A DNA stretch of 64,000 nt from a virus (IMGVR_UViG_3300031951_000074:1-64000); one strand, 5' to 3'. Positions 25,501 to 35,179 are shown, numbered from the stretch's first letter. The notes: generated from the sequence alone by a model not told the origin. A program made the numbers and translations.

Positions 25501-27694
25501 AAGTATCGCAGGTCCTCTTGGAGGATTATTAGCAGGAGCTGGTGCTGGGGGTGCTTTAACTGGCAGTATTCTAGGTGGTTTAGGGGCTGTTGGCGGTCCG
25601 ATCGGATTGTTGGTAGGAGCATTGCTTGGAAGTAATTTGGACAAAATCATTACAGGCATTTTTGGCGGCAAAAAGACAACAACAGTAAGAGACTTTGGTA
25701 TTACTGTTGAAGGTACAATAAATAAACTAACAAAAGCAAATGCCGAATTGGTAAAAGGTTTTGCTGAGTTAGACGTCAAAATAAGCGGTGGTTGGTTCAG
25801 TCGCAACAGGTACTTTTTAGAAACAGCTACAGCAGAATTAGATCCCGAAAAAAATAAACCTATTTTTGAATATATTGGTGTATTGTTCAGTGACATAAGA
25901 AACAGCCTTTTAACAAGTGCTGAAGTATTAGGCAAAGACATAGACTCAGTTCTTGAGACTGCTGTTATTGAACCACTACAAATCAGAACAAAAGACCTAA
26001 AACCGGAAGAAATCGCTAATGCTATAAAGAACCAGACTAGTGCAGCATTTAACGAAATAGCTAAACAAGCTTTTGGACCCTTAATTGAAGCACTTCGTCA
26101 ACCTCTAGAAGAAGCCGGAACAACACTAACTCGACTTACTGCTCAAACACAAGCATTCTCTGATGGCATGCTGTTGTTGGGCAAAAATGTTGAAGACATT
26201 ACTGGTACATTGAAGACCATAATAGCAGACGATTTAGTAAAGGCTTTTGGTAATCTAGAAAACTACCAAAACAAAGTTCAGTTTTTCAGAGAAAACTTTT
26301 TAACAGAAGCAGAACAGATTGCTCCAGTCTCACAAAAGCTAACAGAAGAACTAAACAAGCTTGGTATTTCCACGAGTCTTACTCGTGACCAATACAAGAG
26401 TCTTGTGCTACAACAAGATTTGACTACAACATCTGGGCGTGAAACATTTACTGCACTACTAAACTTGGGCGAAGCGTTTGATAAAGTAACTGATTTTGCT
26501 GAAAAAGCAAAAGAAAAGCTAGATGGTTTTTCCACTACTATCAGAAACTTTATTAAAGAACAAACTCTTCAAATTGCTGGTTCTACAAACGGATTGAATT
26601 TCTTGTTAAAAGAATTCCAGTCTACTGTTGAAAAGAGCCTACAAGGCGATGAAAAGAGTTTAAGTTACTTAACTGAAATTGCAGGTAAAACAATTGAAAG
26701 TGCTCGTAGCAGCAGTCGTACTACTCGAGAGTTTAATTTACTACGTGCAGGAGTGGTGAGTAGTTTGGCTCAGGTCGCAACAGAAATCGAAACTGGAAAC
26801 ATAAAACTATTAACTCCACAAGAACAAACCAATGTTATTTTGGAGCAGATTGAACAAAATACCAGTTCGCTTCCAGAAGACATTGCTCAAAAGTTAGCAA
26901 ATAAGATTGACGGCATTTTGAATCCTGTTGTGGCTGATACCACTACTACTGCAACAACACTACCAGACACTGGTGTGGTCAATGACTCCAGTCTTGGTGA
27001 AGGTCAGGGCGGTCCAACCTCATCAGGACCTGTAGGTGCAGGAACTCTTGCACTGGCGAATGCAGTTGCTAATGCAACTAACACACTAGCCGATACTATC
27101 AAGGGCAATCCGTTGCTTGGACTAGTACCTGGTGCAGGATTGATTGTTCTATCAAATGCTGCGGCTAATGATGTTATTTCTCAAGCCGGGAGAGAGGCCG
27201 AGGCATTAGGGGCGGTGGGTGCCGCTGTCGCTGCTGGTGTTGATGCTGTGAGCTCGAGCGTAGATGGCCCAGCCGGACTTTTTGGATATGCAAAAGGCGG
27301 AGCTTTCCACAAGGGTATCAACATGTTTGAGTCTGGAGCAGCTTTCTCTAATAGTGTTGTAAGCAATCCAACACTATTCCCAATGGGAGTAATGGGAGAA
27401 GCCGGACCAGAAGCAATCATGCCACTGACTCGTATGAACGACGGAAGTTTAGGCGTAACAGCAGACATTCCGTTCAACAATAATAGTCAGTCCAACCAAC
27501 AGCTCATTCAAGAAGTACGAGAATTGAAGAAAGAAATGGAAAAAGTACGAATCGGTGTTGAAGTTACCGCAACGGGAACAAACAAGACCTTTAGACTACT
27601 TGACAGAGTAACCGAAAACGGCGATGCGTTGAACGTGTTGGCTGTGGAAGGAAGCGTAACAACTCTGAGCTCTATACAAGGTGGTCAGTTCTGA
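19577..27694 (+). CDS. Tape measure protein, 2705 aa
   Basis: T5 pb2-like N-terminus (YATFAANVFA, KLEPELLDELGI), long coiled coil, lambda-type C-terminus (AKGGAF...MGEAGPEAIMPL). Confidence 0.9.
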   Translation: MATIKVGIDVSDNGTTKKATDAAERLKSAYDSAAKSAKSIGVGQQSSSMPKTGMAAQSQAITTQELVAYNRQRAVAQRTGASARDFAKEAEGLGGLVRLYATFAANVFAVSAAFNALSNAMDTTNMIKGLDQLGAASGQALGGLSKRFVEVTDGAISLRESVESVAKASAAGLSSKQILQIGENAKKASQALGVNMSDAVSRLTRGITKLEPELLDELGIYTKLEESVNKYALSVGKTASSLTDFERRQAFAVAVLDEANKKFGAIELDTNPYNKLLATFRDVTFAGLELVNKGLTPIVSLLSQSPVALAGILGLIAKQLVSSALPALAQYRQGLDDQVVATKQALEAAQARRAQNRNFITELEAETAANKDRAAAAKADLEVEKARAQFASGRKRPAVLAALPTSAELLATEPDLDKLTKASKEVERRISLIKQEKTGTEDVNKKREREINLLIAANKAINDRIQAGKQFNDFLNENVVGTPGALSKVQKDQRDLEKATRAARGIEIVQDVAQTYDTSGFNEGFKKLGTSIANSRKELGFFRTALVGVQGATLLLAGGISQVMSALNPLLFIVTAAVTAFGFLDGVMSSNKKQAEDANMSFGLLDEALKNIDKTATALSKKDPLERLSASSIAAKAKSVSELSSALGDLVEKVEAQDAAAGKWDKFVDGFKVIWGGDLLSKSSDKLTESITKLLNSAGGPEAEQASKKLKELVGVDPRDQEAFRKALQESPQKFLELAPKVAQEAQNLTNKLTALAGSAQQASDDINTASKSQSEFVTSALPSDKLSKFGSDLVKAGVSIKNALKDANSELSVLQNLLKNPNNIKLFSKDFQDYFIKNRDSIAANLSVLSAYRAELSKLERQQSSSMLRSTGSALLSSMGFGGAGSTIQTLRSEIKRIEAETAGRLKAESERMIQNGLNFLSRAAEELLKKAAGIINSAKVELLGNTEEAIRERTKIDNMALDAQIAVLETEKSLIGSQDRLQQAIELQTLAVQEQTAEQRAATQLQAPGADRTAIESGLRETLLNIAKARREIQLPSADNRLSVQAQKQISAQVGILQSQKQANLFREASQLIDLNTRKQEENNNVLIRRNESIRDSLEFEKQTFGVLSEQKQLQLETANREILRLQQVKERLPLEAQIEKINLVANRPSTAIREETEITRLLERRVNLEREREDLIDSTDSRDLRRDTAKSDKIKQQIADIKSGRFFQDSSKAAVTKLEELDNLATLLEQRLRNTIPVDIDKIITDATSARDQAVREAEEAANSLIDRLNTEYENARTERFNKATQDREALRKLFEDYGNKRSTSRQDTPAIVESRNKYLAARAEFVNAEEIRKRVNKKEEEAKDKKISDARKTADAVKTQAERTASEQIAQQQRVFNTTQTIAENLNVRLAEIYDERDRIRTEQWMLAERNTAGQLTTLEGELDLALKQEFLDLEAASQDLDKRTRNTLQDLQNEIKKVEGQIKSAQTAVDKARAPTGLGASSRQEQEIRLEQLNESQARDRERSERESNKRTLENRQQQYEKAREFINKLAELDKRSADLIFEEQVERINTLEKLGMISTETQIKRKADLEKAQEKKNLENRLDTLGKELTKEVDVLRDRQRIAFGSGQQQQAVDLQTEIDAITNRYKILVGGEEALSKARQDGITQIKEQNLLLESQNKLVSALENVAKALGDAFGQSTGVFFNTFAVLAKTEADFINRSTTLAKTRAAEEAAVKLKYKEDEVVQTKALIEIEKKYENEFNKLGLQNIQQQAAATKGFFKEKTFAYKALSIVEKVAAAQTLALNLQTMASNLAALPGKIAGGVGQLVSQGGFAGLAAAAGFLALMASLGFKKGGAKVTPSVSLEEVRKTQTTGQFYSGNTLMTRAGALQADPTETLNSIDESLEIIKSSGFDDLAVFNKMSKSLDRIDLNTRALSERLAISIGSVFSELQGGVTNENPLANLASNPVVKTGTTLGGAALGYVGGSVLAGSIAGPLGGLLAGAGAGGALTGSILGGLGAVGGPIGLLVGALLGSNLDKIITGIFGGKKTTTVRDFGITVEGTINKLTKANAELVKGFAELDVKISGGWFSRNRYFLETATAELDPEKNKPIFEYIGVLFSDIRNSLLTSAEVLGKDIDSVLETAVIEPLQIRTKDLKPEEIANAIKNQTSAAFNEIAKQAFGPLIEALRQPLEEAGTTLTRLTAQTQAFSDGMLLLGKNVEDITGTLKTIIADDLVKAFGNLENYQNKVQFFRENFLTEAEQIAPVSQKLTEELNKLGISTSLTRDQYKSLVLQQDLTTTSGRETFTALLNLGEAFDKVTDFAEKAKEKLDGFSTTIRNFIKEQTLQIAGSTNGLNFLLKEFQSTVEKSLQGDEKSLSYLTEIAGKTIESARSSSRTTREFNLLRAGVVSSLAQVATEIETGNIKLLTPQEQTNVILEQIEQNTSSLPEDIAQKLANKIDGILNPVVADTTTTATTLPDTGVVNDSSLGEGQGGPTSSGPVGAGTLALANAVANATNTLADTIKGNPLLGLVPGAGLIVLSNAAANDVISQAGREAEALGAVGAAVAAGVDAVSSSVDGPAGLFGYAKGGAFHKGINMFESGAAFSNSVVSNPTLFPMGVMGEAGPEAIMPLTRMNDGSLGVTADIPFNNNSQSNQQLIQEVRELKKEMEKVRIGVEVTATGTNKTFRLLDRVTENGDALNVLAVEGSVTTLSSIQGGQF

Positions 27695-27751
27695 CCACCT
27701 TTTTACCTAGTTTTATTTGACTAGTAGAAACCCACCTTTTTAGGAAAAACA

Positions 27752-30700
27752 ATGATACCTATTATTCTAAAAAAATCTAATGTACCATCAAAAGCCCCAA
27801 CCACAGCAGATTTGGACTGGGGCGAACTTGCTGTAAACTATACAGATGGTAAGTTGTATTATAAAAAACAAAGCGACAACGATCCAACTGGAACAATAGA
27901 TTATTTTACCTCTTCTACGGCTGCAACCGGAGTAAATAATGGAGCTTTAACTCTTGCATCTGCCTCTGGAACTACAAACACAGCCGTAACAATAAATAAC
28001 GGTACGGGTTTCACAGCAAATTCTAGTCAGAACATACAGTACACAATAGCAGTAGGTCCAGCACTTACTGCTTTGTCTACTGTTATGTCGCCAAACAATA
28101 CAGGCTTACTTAAAAAAACCGGCACAGATACTTACACTCTTGATACTACCAACTACTTAACATCTGCTGTTACCAGTGTTAGTGGTACAGGAACAGTCGC
28201 CGGCTTGTCACTGAGTGGAACTGTGACTTCTACAGGAAACCTAACACTGTCCGGTACGTTGAGTGCTCCAGTGACTAGTATCAATGACAGTACTGTGGTA
28301 GGTAGAAACTTAGTAAAGCTAGCAGATCCAAATAATATTACATTTTTAAGAGTTAACGCAGACAATACAGTCAGTGCTTTAAATGCAGCTGACTTTAGAA
28401 CTGCAATTGGTGCTGGTACGGGCGGAGGCGGTACCGGCACTGTTACCAGTGTTAGTGGCACAGGAACAGTAGCCGGCTTGTCATTGAGCGGAACAGTCAC
28501 TACTACAGGAAACTTGAGTTTGAGTGGTACTTTGAGTGCTCCAGTGAGCAGCATCAACGACAGTACGACAGTTGGTAGAAACTTAGTAAAACTAACAGAT
28601 CCAGGCAGCATCACCTTTTTAAGAGTTAATGCAGACAACACAGTCAGTGCTCTTAACGCAACTGACTTTAGAACTGCAATTGGGGCCGGTACGGGCGGAG
28701 GTACTGGCACTGTTACCAGTGTTAGTGGTACAGGAACGGTGGCTGGTTTGTCTCTCACTGGAACAGTCACTACTACAGGAAACTTGAGTTTGAGTGGTAC
28801 TTTGAGTGCTCCAGTGAGCAGCATCAACGACAGTACGACAGTTGGTAGAAACTTAGTAAAGCTAGCAGATCCAGGTGCTGTTACATTTTTAAGAGTTAAT
28901 GCAGACAACACAGTCAGTGCGTTGAATGCAACTGACTTTAGAACTGCAATTGGGGCAGGTACTGGAGGCGGTGGAGTTATTCAAGTAACTGCTTCTGCCC
29001 CAATATCCAGCACAGGTGGTAGTACTCCAACAATATCTATAGATCCAGCTACAACTTCTGCTGCAGGCAGCATGAGTGCAGCAGATAAAGCTAAACTAAA
29101 TGGCATTGAAGCAGGTGCTCAGGTTAATTTACCAACAAATTTAGGTATAGGTGAACGTACCGGTTTAACTGCAGCTATTACAAGTTCTACTGGTACAAGT
29201 GCAATTTTATTTAATGCTACAGATACTTTAGCAGGCTTAATGAGTGCAGGAGACAAAATTAAACTAAATGGTATTCCAGCAGGAGGTAATGCAGCTACAA
29301 ATTTAGGTATAGGTGAACGTACCGGTTTAACTGTAGCTATTACAAGTTCTACTGGTACAAGTGCAATTTTATTTAATGCTACAGATACTTTAGCAGGCTT
29401 AATGAGTGCAGCAGATAAAGCTAAACTAAATGGTATTCAAGCAGGAGCAACAGCCAATACAGGAACTGTTGACAGCGTAGCCGGTAAGACAGGCGTAGTT
29501 ACATTGACCAAAACCGATGTTGGGTTAGGTAACGTAGATAATACGTCTGATGCAGACAAGCCAGTAAGTACAGCACAACAAGCTGCTTTAAATCTAAAAG
29601 CTAACATTGATTCTCCAAACTTTACAGGATCTGTAAAAGAAAATAATAATCAAGTATTGCATGCTGGTAACTACAGTGGATACTCGCCAACACTAACCGG
29701 AGGTGGAGCAAGTGGCTCTTGGAGTATTTCTGTTACTGGAAACGCAAGCACTGCTACAACATTGCAAACATCTCGTACAATCAATGGTGTTGCTTTTAAC
29801 GGTTCTCAAAACATTGTTGTTCAAGACAGTACAAAACTTCCACTAACTGGTGGTACATTAACAGGATCTGTAACTTTAAATGGTGGAAGTATTGGGATCG
29901 ATGTTGCCCCAACAGATCCGGCCGTTTCAGGCAGATCAATACAAATAGTTAATGGCGGTGGTTTGTTGTGGGCAACAACTGGGAGTTTTGTAGTTGCAAA
30001 CAATATTACAATAGATTCTTCTGGTAATGGTGTTTATCAATTAGCTACTGCTGCTTCTTCGTACTCACAAACTGCTGGCACTCATAGATGGTATACTGCA
30101 GCTGGTGGTACAGCGGGATCTGTGGCTAATATGGTAGAAGGTCTGAGTTTGAATTCAACAGCTCTAGACTCTAAGGTTGCCATCAAAGAAAATAACAACC
30201 AAGTATTACATGCTGGCAACTATAGCAATTATGCAATACCAGCTGTAGCACCTGGCACAAGCGGCAATGTGTTAACTTCCAACGGGTCTAGTTGGACTAG
30301 TCAAGCACCATCAGGAGGTGCTGGAAACTCAGTTAACATACAAGAGTTCTCCACAGTAGGTACTTCTACTTGGACCAAACCAGCAGGTGCCAAGTTAATA
30401 CATATTATTTTACAAGCCGGAGGTGGTGGGGGTGGATCGGGACGTGTTCGAGCTTCAGCAAGTTTTAGTACAGAAACTGCTGGAGGAGGCGGCGGAGGTG
30501 GTGGAGGCGGTAGAACAGAGTTCTTTTTTCCAGCCAGTCTTTTTGCAAATACAGAAAATGTGGAAGTGGGTGCTGGTGGAAGTGGTGCAGCATCACAAAC
30601 ATCAATAACAAGTGGTAATGCTGGAAGTACGGGTGGCAATTCAACATTTGGAACCACAGTTCGCGCCAGAGCTCGCGGAGGCGTGGGCGGAAACGGAGGC

Positions 30701-31180
30701 TCGGCAGGTGCTGCTACTACTGGAGCACTTGCCGGCGGTGTAACCAGTACAGGAACACCTTCAGGTACTTTTGTCTATTCTGCTTCTGGTGGTACCGGAT
30801 ACAATATTGGTGGTTCTGGAGGCCGTGGAGGATACAATGGTGGTGGTGGTGGTGGTGGTGGCGGGTATAATTCTAATAGCAGTATCGGCGGTGCTGGAGG
30901 TGCTGGAGGCTTGGGGGGTGCAATTATAGACTCTAGTACTAATAGTAGTGGTGGTGGTGGTGCTGGAGGTGCTTCTGGAAATCCTGGAACTGCCGGCTCT
31001 AATGCCACCGATCCATTTTTGGGTGGCAGTGGTGGTGGCGGTGGTTCTGGTGGGCAGCCCGGCGCCGCAGGTGGAATACCTGGCGGGGGTGGCGGAGGAG
31101 GTGGAGCCGGTTCAAATGCCGTTTCTGGAGCAGGTGGTAATGGTGGGCATGGTTTTGTTCGCATAACTACATATTTCTGA
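27752..31180 (+). CDS. Tail fibre protein with internal repeats and a Gly-rich C-terminal domain
   Basis: N-terminal GELAVNYTDGKLY fibre motif, DVGLGNVDNTSD, SRTINGVAFNGS, WTKPAGAK Gly-rich domain. Confidence 0.8.
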   Translation: MIPIILKKSNVPSKAPTTADLDWGELAVNYTDGKLYYKKQSDNDPTGTIDYFTSSTAATGVNNGALTLASASGTTNTAVTINNGTGFTANSSQNIQYTIAVGPALTALSTVMSPNNTGLLKKTGTDTYTLDTTNYLTSAVTSVSGTGTVAGLSLSGTVTSTGNLTLSGTLSAPVTSINDSTVVGRNLVKLADPNNITFLRVNADNTVSALNAADFRTAIGAGTGGGGTGTVTSVSGTGTVAGLSLSGTVTTTGNLSLSGTLSAPVSSINDSTTVGRNLVKLTDPGSITFLRVNADNTVSALNATDFRTAIGAGTGGGTGTVTSVSGTGTVAGLSLTGTVTTTGNLSLSGTLSAPVSSINDSTTVGRNLVKLADPGAVTFLRVNADNTVSALNATDFRTAIGAGTGGGGVIQVTASAPISSTGGSTPTISIDPATTSAAGSMSAADKAKLNGIEAGAQVNLPTNLGIGERTGLTAAITSSTGTSAILFNATDTLAGLMSAGDKIKLNGIPAGGNAATNLGIGERTGLTVAITSSTGTSAILFNATDTLAGLMSAADKAKLNGIQAGATANTGTVDSVAGKTGVVTLTKTDVGLGNVDNTSDADKPVSTAQQAALNLKANIDSPNFTGSVKENNNQVLHAGNYSGYSPTLTGGGASGSWSISVTGNASTATTLQTSRTINGVAFNGSQNIVVQDSTKLPLTGGTLTGSVTLNGGSIGIDVAPTDPAVSGRSIQIVNGGGLLWATTGSFVVANNITIDSSGNGVYQLATAASSYSQTAGTHRWYTAAGGTAGSVANMVEGLSLNSTALDSKVAIKENNNQVLHAGNYSNYAIPAVAPGTSGNVLTSNGSSWTSQAPSGGAGNSVNIQEFSTVGTSTWTKPAGAKLIHIILQAGGGGGGSGRVRASASFSTETAGGGGGGGGGGRTEFFFPASLFANTENVEVGAGGSGAASQTSITSGNAGSTGGNSTFGTTVRARARGGVGGNGGSAGAATTGALAGGVTSTGTPSGTFVYSASGGTGYNIGGSGGRGGYNGGGGGGGGGYNSNSSIGGAGGAGGLGGAIIDSSTNSSGGGGAGGASGNPGTAGSNATDPFLGGSGGGGGSGGQPGAAGGIPGGGGGGGGAGSNAVSGAGGNGGHGFVRITTYF
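28168..28975 (+). repeat. Three about 270-bp intragenic repeats
   Basis: Units start at 28168, 28441 and 28711 (VTSVSGTGTVAGL...FRTAIGAGTGG). Confidence 0.9.
29135..29445 (+). repeat. Two 162-bp intragenic repeats
   Basis: TNLGIGERTGLT...DKxKLNGI at 29135 and 29297. Confidence 0.9.
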
Positions 31181-31188
31181 GGTTATTT

Positions 31189-31419
31189 ATGAGAAAACAA
31201 TTTTTATTAAACACAGATGGATCTGTTCCAGCAGGTGTAGATATAAACCTGTTAAGATCTGAAAATATACCATTAGTAATTCCTACCCCAGTACCAGTAC
31301 AGTCAGGTATGGTTGCAGTAGAACAAGACCCTAAACCTGACGAGTATGGCGTACTGCGGCAAGTTTGGAAACTGGAACCTTTTGTTGCAGAAAATCAACC
31401 AACCCCTGAAGAACTATAA
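31189..31419 (+). CDS. Small fibre-associated / chaperone-like protein
   Basis: Follows the fibre gene; GAGG RBS. Confidence 0.6.
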   Translation: MRKQFLLNTDGSVPAGVDINLLRSENIPLVIPTPVPVQSGMVAVEQDPKPDEYGVLRQVWKLEPFVAENQPTPEEL

Positions 31420-31450
31420 AACCCAAACCAAGCGTTCCATATTTTTTAGC

Positions 31451-31479
31451 TTGTACACTTGAGTACGATATGTTATAAT
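31451..31479 (+). promoter_or_regulatory. Promoter
   Basis: TTGTAC-N17-TATAAT with extended -10 TG. Confidence 0.7.
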
Positions 31480-31526
31480 ACAAACAAATACCAGCATAAT
31501 TTTTAACCTTTTTAAAGGGCTATTAA

Positions 31527-31883
31527 ATGACAACAGAATTCAAAATTGTTATCGATAACATTCGTACTCATGATGTTCAAAACTTTGAAAAGGTAGTAAA
31601 ACAAATTGATTTTACTATTAGTGGTACAAAACAATCAGAAACATTCTCTTTACCACAAAGCTTGGTTTTGACGGATAAACAAATAGAAAACTTTATTCCT
31701 TTTGAAGATCTTACAGAAGCCTGGGCCGTAGACTTGATTGAAAAGAACTTTGATAACATAGAACAAGTAAAGTCACACATTGAATACGTACTAGATACTA
31801 TGGTTTTAAAAAAGAATCTAGTTCAACAAAGTCTACCTTGGGCTTCGGCAAGCAATGCTGTACGCCCTTTTGTTCTTTTTTAA
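31527..31883 (+). CDS. Conserved tail-region hypothetical protein
   Basis: NFIPFEDLTE...LPW motif typical of aquatic phage tail loci. Confidence 0.65.
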   Translation: MTTEFKIVIDNIRTHDVQNFEKVVKQIDFTISGTKQSETFSLPQSLVLTDKQIENFIPFEDLTEAWAVDLIEKNFDNIEQVKSHIEYVLDTMVLKKNLVQQSLPWASASNAVRPFVLF

Positions 31884-31895
31884 AGGGTATGATTT

Positions 31896-33935
31896 ATGAA
31901 AGTTATTAAACCAATTGAGGTGTTACGTGATACGTACACAGATGTAAACACAAGAGATGTTGTACCAGCTTGGAACAGCGGTACTACATACGGAAGCAGT
32001 AGTACTTTTGATAAAGTATGGGTACAGTATCTTGGAGTGGTGTACGAGAGCATCAAGCCCGTCAATTTAAACAACACACCGTCTAGTGGCAGTACTTGGT
32101 GGAGAACTGTAACCACAACGTCCTCAGACGATTTTGCCGGTTCTGTTTATAACAGTGGTACTACCTACAGTACCGGAGACATAGTATACTACCAAACAAG
32201 TAGTACCGACTGGCCAAAGTATTATCAGAGTTTGCAAAATACCAACTTAAACAAAACACCACCAGATAATTTGACTGGAACAACACCCTACTGGCTAGAT
32301 CTGGGATACACAAACACAAGTAAATTATACGATATTGAAACCAGTACACAGACCATTACAACCGACGAACTAATAACCACTTTTACTGCCCGCAAAGTTA
32401 CTAGTGGTGGAATATTTGGTGCTTATGGTTCGAGAGTTTTATTAACAGCAAAATCAGAACGCAACCTGTACTCCAAAATAGACTGGAATACTACTGCGTC
32501 AGTTCATACTACAACTCCAACACTGAACTCAATGGTTTTTGCAGCAGACAAAAACATATTGTTGTTGTGCGGTAACAGCGGGTTTTTGAAGTACAGCAAA
32601 GACAATGGAGTTACTTGGATTAATTGTGTTACTCCTGCCACAGCGCCAAATTTAAAAACACTGAGTTACAGCAAGGATAACTCTGTTTTTATAGCTGCAG
32701 GTACGAGTAGTGATTCAAGCACTGCCATAATTTGGAAGAGTTTGGATGGTATTAACTGGACTAATATAACAGGATTGCCAACAGGTAGTGTTTCCTTAAA
32801 CAAGGCTATCTGGATAAAGCAATTAAACAAGTTTGTAATTGCTGCCAGTAATGGAAATATTTATACTTCAGATGGTACAGCCACAACATGGTTAGCTTCA
32901 AGCGTCGGGGCTGGTACGACCGACTTGGTAGGAATTGTTTATAATCCAGCAAATGGACTAGTTCACGTAATAGGAAATAATACACTAAGATATAGCAGCG
33001 ATTTGAATACTTGGACAGCTATAATGTGGCTAAACAATATAAGAGATATTGCAGTTGTAAATAACAGTGATTATTCAACAACCGGTTCTACAACACAATA
33101 TTGTATAGTAGCTGGAACTAGTGGGTCGCTGAGTACTACTCATAAGAGCTCTGATGGTATCACTTGGTCAACAGCTGCAATACTGACTGGAATTCCAACA
33201 AATTATGTATCTTCTGGGGTAACATACTGCTATACAGAATCTAAGTGGGTATTAAACATAGGTGGGTATATACTAACCTGGGATGGCAGCGCGTCTACTA
33301 GTTATACAGATATTACACCCAGCAACAATCCAAATACCAATCGTACAAGAGTGTACTACAATAACTCAACAGACAGTCTTTTCTTTTTTGGTAATAATAG
33401 CACTCTAGTAACAAGCCCAAACATTTACTTTAAAGAGTACAACTTGAATAGTTCCCTAGTAGATAATTGGTATGATTATTTTTACAAAGATTACACTCTT
33501 TTGAGCGAGTCAATTTTTGAAGATATTCCTGTTTATACGCGTACAAGAATTACTATTTGTGTTATTGGAGATGTAGTGCGGTGTGGTATTGCTTTTGCTG
33601 GTATAAGTAACAAAATAGGAACAACACAATATGGAGCGTCAGCCGGTATTATTGACTACAGCAAAAAAGAAACAGACGAGTTTGGTACCACTACGTTTAT
33701 TAAGCGAGCTTTTAGCAAGCGAATGAATGTAAACTTAATTTTACTGAGCGCTGATTTGTACAGAGTACAAAAAGTTTTAAGCGATGTTCGTGCTACTCCG
33801 TGTATTTGGATAGGAAGTGACACAGATATTTACAAGAGTCTTACCATGTATGGGTATTACAGAGATTTTAGCTTGGAAATTCCATATCCAGAATATTCCT
33901 ATTGCAGCCTACAAGTAGAAGGATTAACAGAATGA
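31896..33935 (+). CDS. Distal-tail/baseplate-like protein with carbohydrate-binding and beta-propeller insertions
   Basis: MKVIKPI N-terminus, WNSGTTY repeats, SxDGxxW Asp-boxes, C-terminal GIIDYSKKETDEFG...YGYYRDF...CSLQVEGL. Confidence 0.65.
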   Translation: MKVIKPIEVLRDTYTDVNTRDVVPAWNSGTTYGSSSTFDKVWVQYLGVVYESIKPVNLNNTPSSGSTWWRTVTTTSSDDFAGSVYNSGTTYSTGDIVYYQTSSTDWPKYYQSLQNTNLNKTPPDNLTGTTPYWLDLGYTNTSKLYDIETSTQTITTDELITTFTARKVTSGGIFGAYGSRVLLTAKSERNLYSKIDWNTTASVHTTTPTLNSMVFAADKNILLLCGNSGFLKYSKDNGVTWINCVTPATAPNLKTLSYSKDNSVFIAAGTSSDSSTAIIWKSLDGINWTNITGLPTGSVSLNKAIWIKQLNKFVIAASNGNIYTSDGTATTWLASSVGAGTTDLVGIVYNPANGLVHVIGNNTLRYSSDLNTWTAIMWLNNIRDIAVVNNSDYSTTGSTTQYCIVAGTSGSLSTTHKSSDGITWSTAAILTGIPTNYVSSGVTYCYTESKWVLNIGGYILTWDGSASTSYTDITPSNNPNTNRTRVYYNNSTDSLFFFGNNSTLVTSPNIYFKEYNLNSSLVDNWYDYFYKDYTLLSESIFEDIPVYTRTRITICVIGDVVRCGIAFAGISNKIGTTQYGASAGIIDYSKKETDEFGTTTFIKRAFSKRMNVNLILLSADLYRVQKVLSDVRATPCIWIGSDTDIYKSLTMYGYYRDFSLEIPYPEYSYCSLQVEGLTE

Positions 33936-35179
33936 TTACAACAATTTCAACCCTACCACAATCACCAAATCGTAACGATCCTGCAACTTTTAGTGACAAA
34001 GCAGACGCTCTTTTGGGGGCAATGCCTACTCTTGTAACAGAACTAAATAGTTTTGTTAACGAAGTTAATACACTCAGTTTTAAAACTGCTTGTAAAGCCG
34101 CTACACTCGCTGCAATTACATTAAGTGGTACCCAAACAATTGATGGGCAAAACATAGTTGCAGGCGACAGAGTATTGGTAAAAAATCAAGCCAGTCTGGC
34201 AGAAAACGGTATTTATACAGCAAGTATTAATGCTTGGACAAGAGCACCAGACATGGATACAGTTGCTGAAGTTGCTGGCAGCTTTGTACCTGTTACTTTT
34301 GGGGCACAGCAGGGTGGAAAGATCTACTATACCACTTTTAATGCCACTGGAGCTACTTTGGGAACAACAGCTATTCCTTGGAATAGTTTAACAGAAGCCA
34401 GTATTACTGGAATAGGTACTGTTGCAGTTGCAAATGGCGGCACTGGTATTGCAAGTTATGCAATTGGTGATTTGATTTACGCCAGCGGTACAACTACTCT
34501 TGTAAAGCTAGCAGCAGCAGCGAGTGGTAATGTTTTAAAAAGTGGCACTGCGCCTAGCTGGGGCAAAGTAGCTTTAACATCTGATGTGTCTGGTACGCTT
34601 CCTGTGGCGTCTGGCGGTACTGGCGCAGCCACTCTGACCGCGAACAACGTCTTGCTGGGCAACGGCACCTCTGCTGTTCAGACGGTAGCGCCTGGTACGG
34701 CGGGCAATCTTTTGACCTCTGTTGGTGGCACTTGGGCAAGCGCTCCTCCACCGGCGGGTGGAGTGACAAGTCTCAACAGCCAGACAGGTGCTGTTGTAAC
34801 GACCGGATTTGGTGATATCGGTAGTGTTGCGGTACTGATGATTGCAACTAATACCAATGTGGCGGTTGGTTCGACTGTTGCGGGTAGCGATCTTCGATAC
34901 GGTTGGAATCCCAATTTTGGTGCAATGACCTACGGAGGTCTTACCGATTTTGCGACCAATCGTGGAAACAGTTCGGCAACATATAACGGCGGTGGCACTG
35001 CCCCGGCCGGGGGTGTCGGAACTTGGCGAAAGATAAGCTCTGGGAATACGTATTTTTCATCTGGTGGGTCTTACGCGGGAGTCAATTTAGTTTCTGCCTG
35101 CTGCGGCTCTTTTTTACAAGTTCAAGTATTTTCGGCTTCTTACGTTTGGGCCGCAGCCCTCTACGTCCGTGTTTCTTGA
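33932..35179 (+). CDS. Tail fibre protein
   Basis: PQSPNRNDPATFSDKADALL attachment domain, GDRVLVKNQ, VANGGTG repeats; ATGA overlap with the upstream gene. Confidence 0.8.
   Translation: MITTISTLPQSPNRNDPATFSDKADALLGAMPTLVTELNSFVNEVNTLSFKTACKAATLAAITLSGTQTIDGQNIVAGDRVLVKNQASLAENGIYTASINAWTRAPDMDTVAEVAGSFVPVTFGAQQGGKIYYTTFNATGATLGTTAIPWNSLTEASITGIGTVAVANGGTGIASYAIGDLIYASGTTTLVKLAAAASGNVLKSGTAPSWGKVALTSDVSGTLPVASGGTGAATLTANNVLLGNGTSAVQTVAPGTAGNLLTSVGGTWASAPPPAGGVTSLNSQTGAVVTTGFGDIGSVAVLMIATNTNVAVGSTVAGSDLRYGWNPNFGAMTYGGLTDFATNRGNSSATYNGGGTAPAGGVGTWRKISSGNTYFSSGGSYAGVNLVSACCGSFLQVQVFSASYVWAAALYVRVS

Noticed and set aside
30420-31150. (GGT)n microsatellite-like runs and Pro-rich antisense ORFs
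   Set aside because: Explained by poly-Gly coding in the fibre tip
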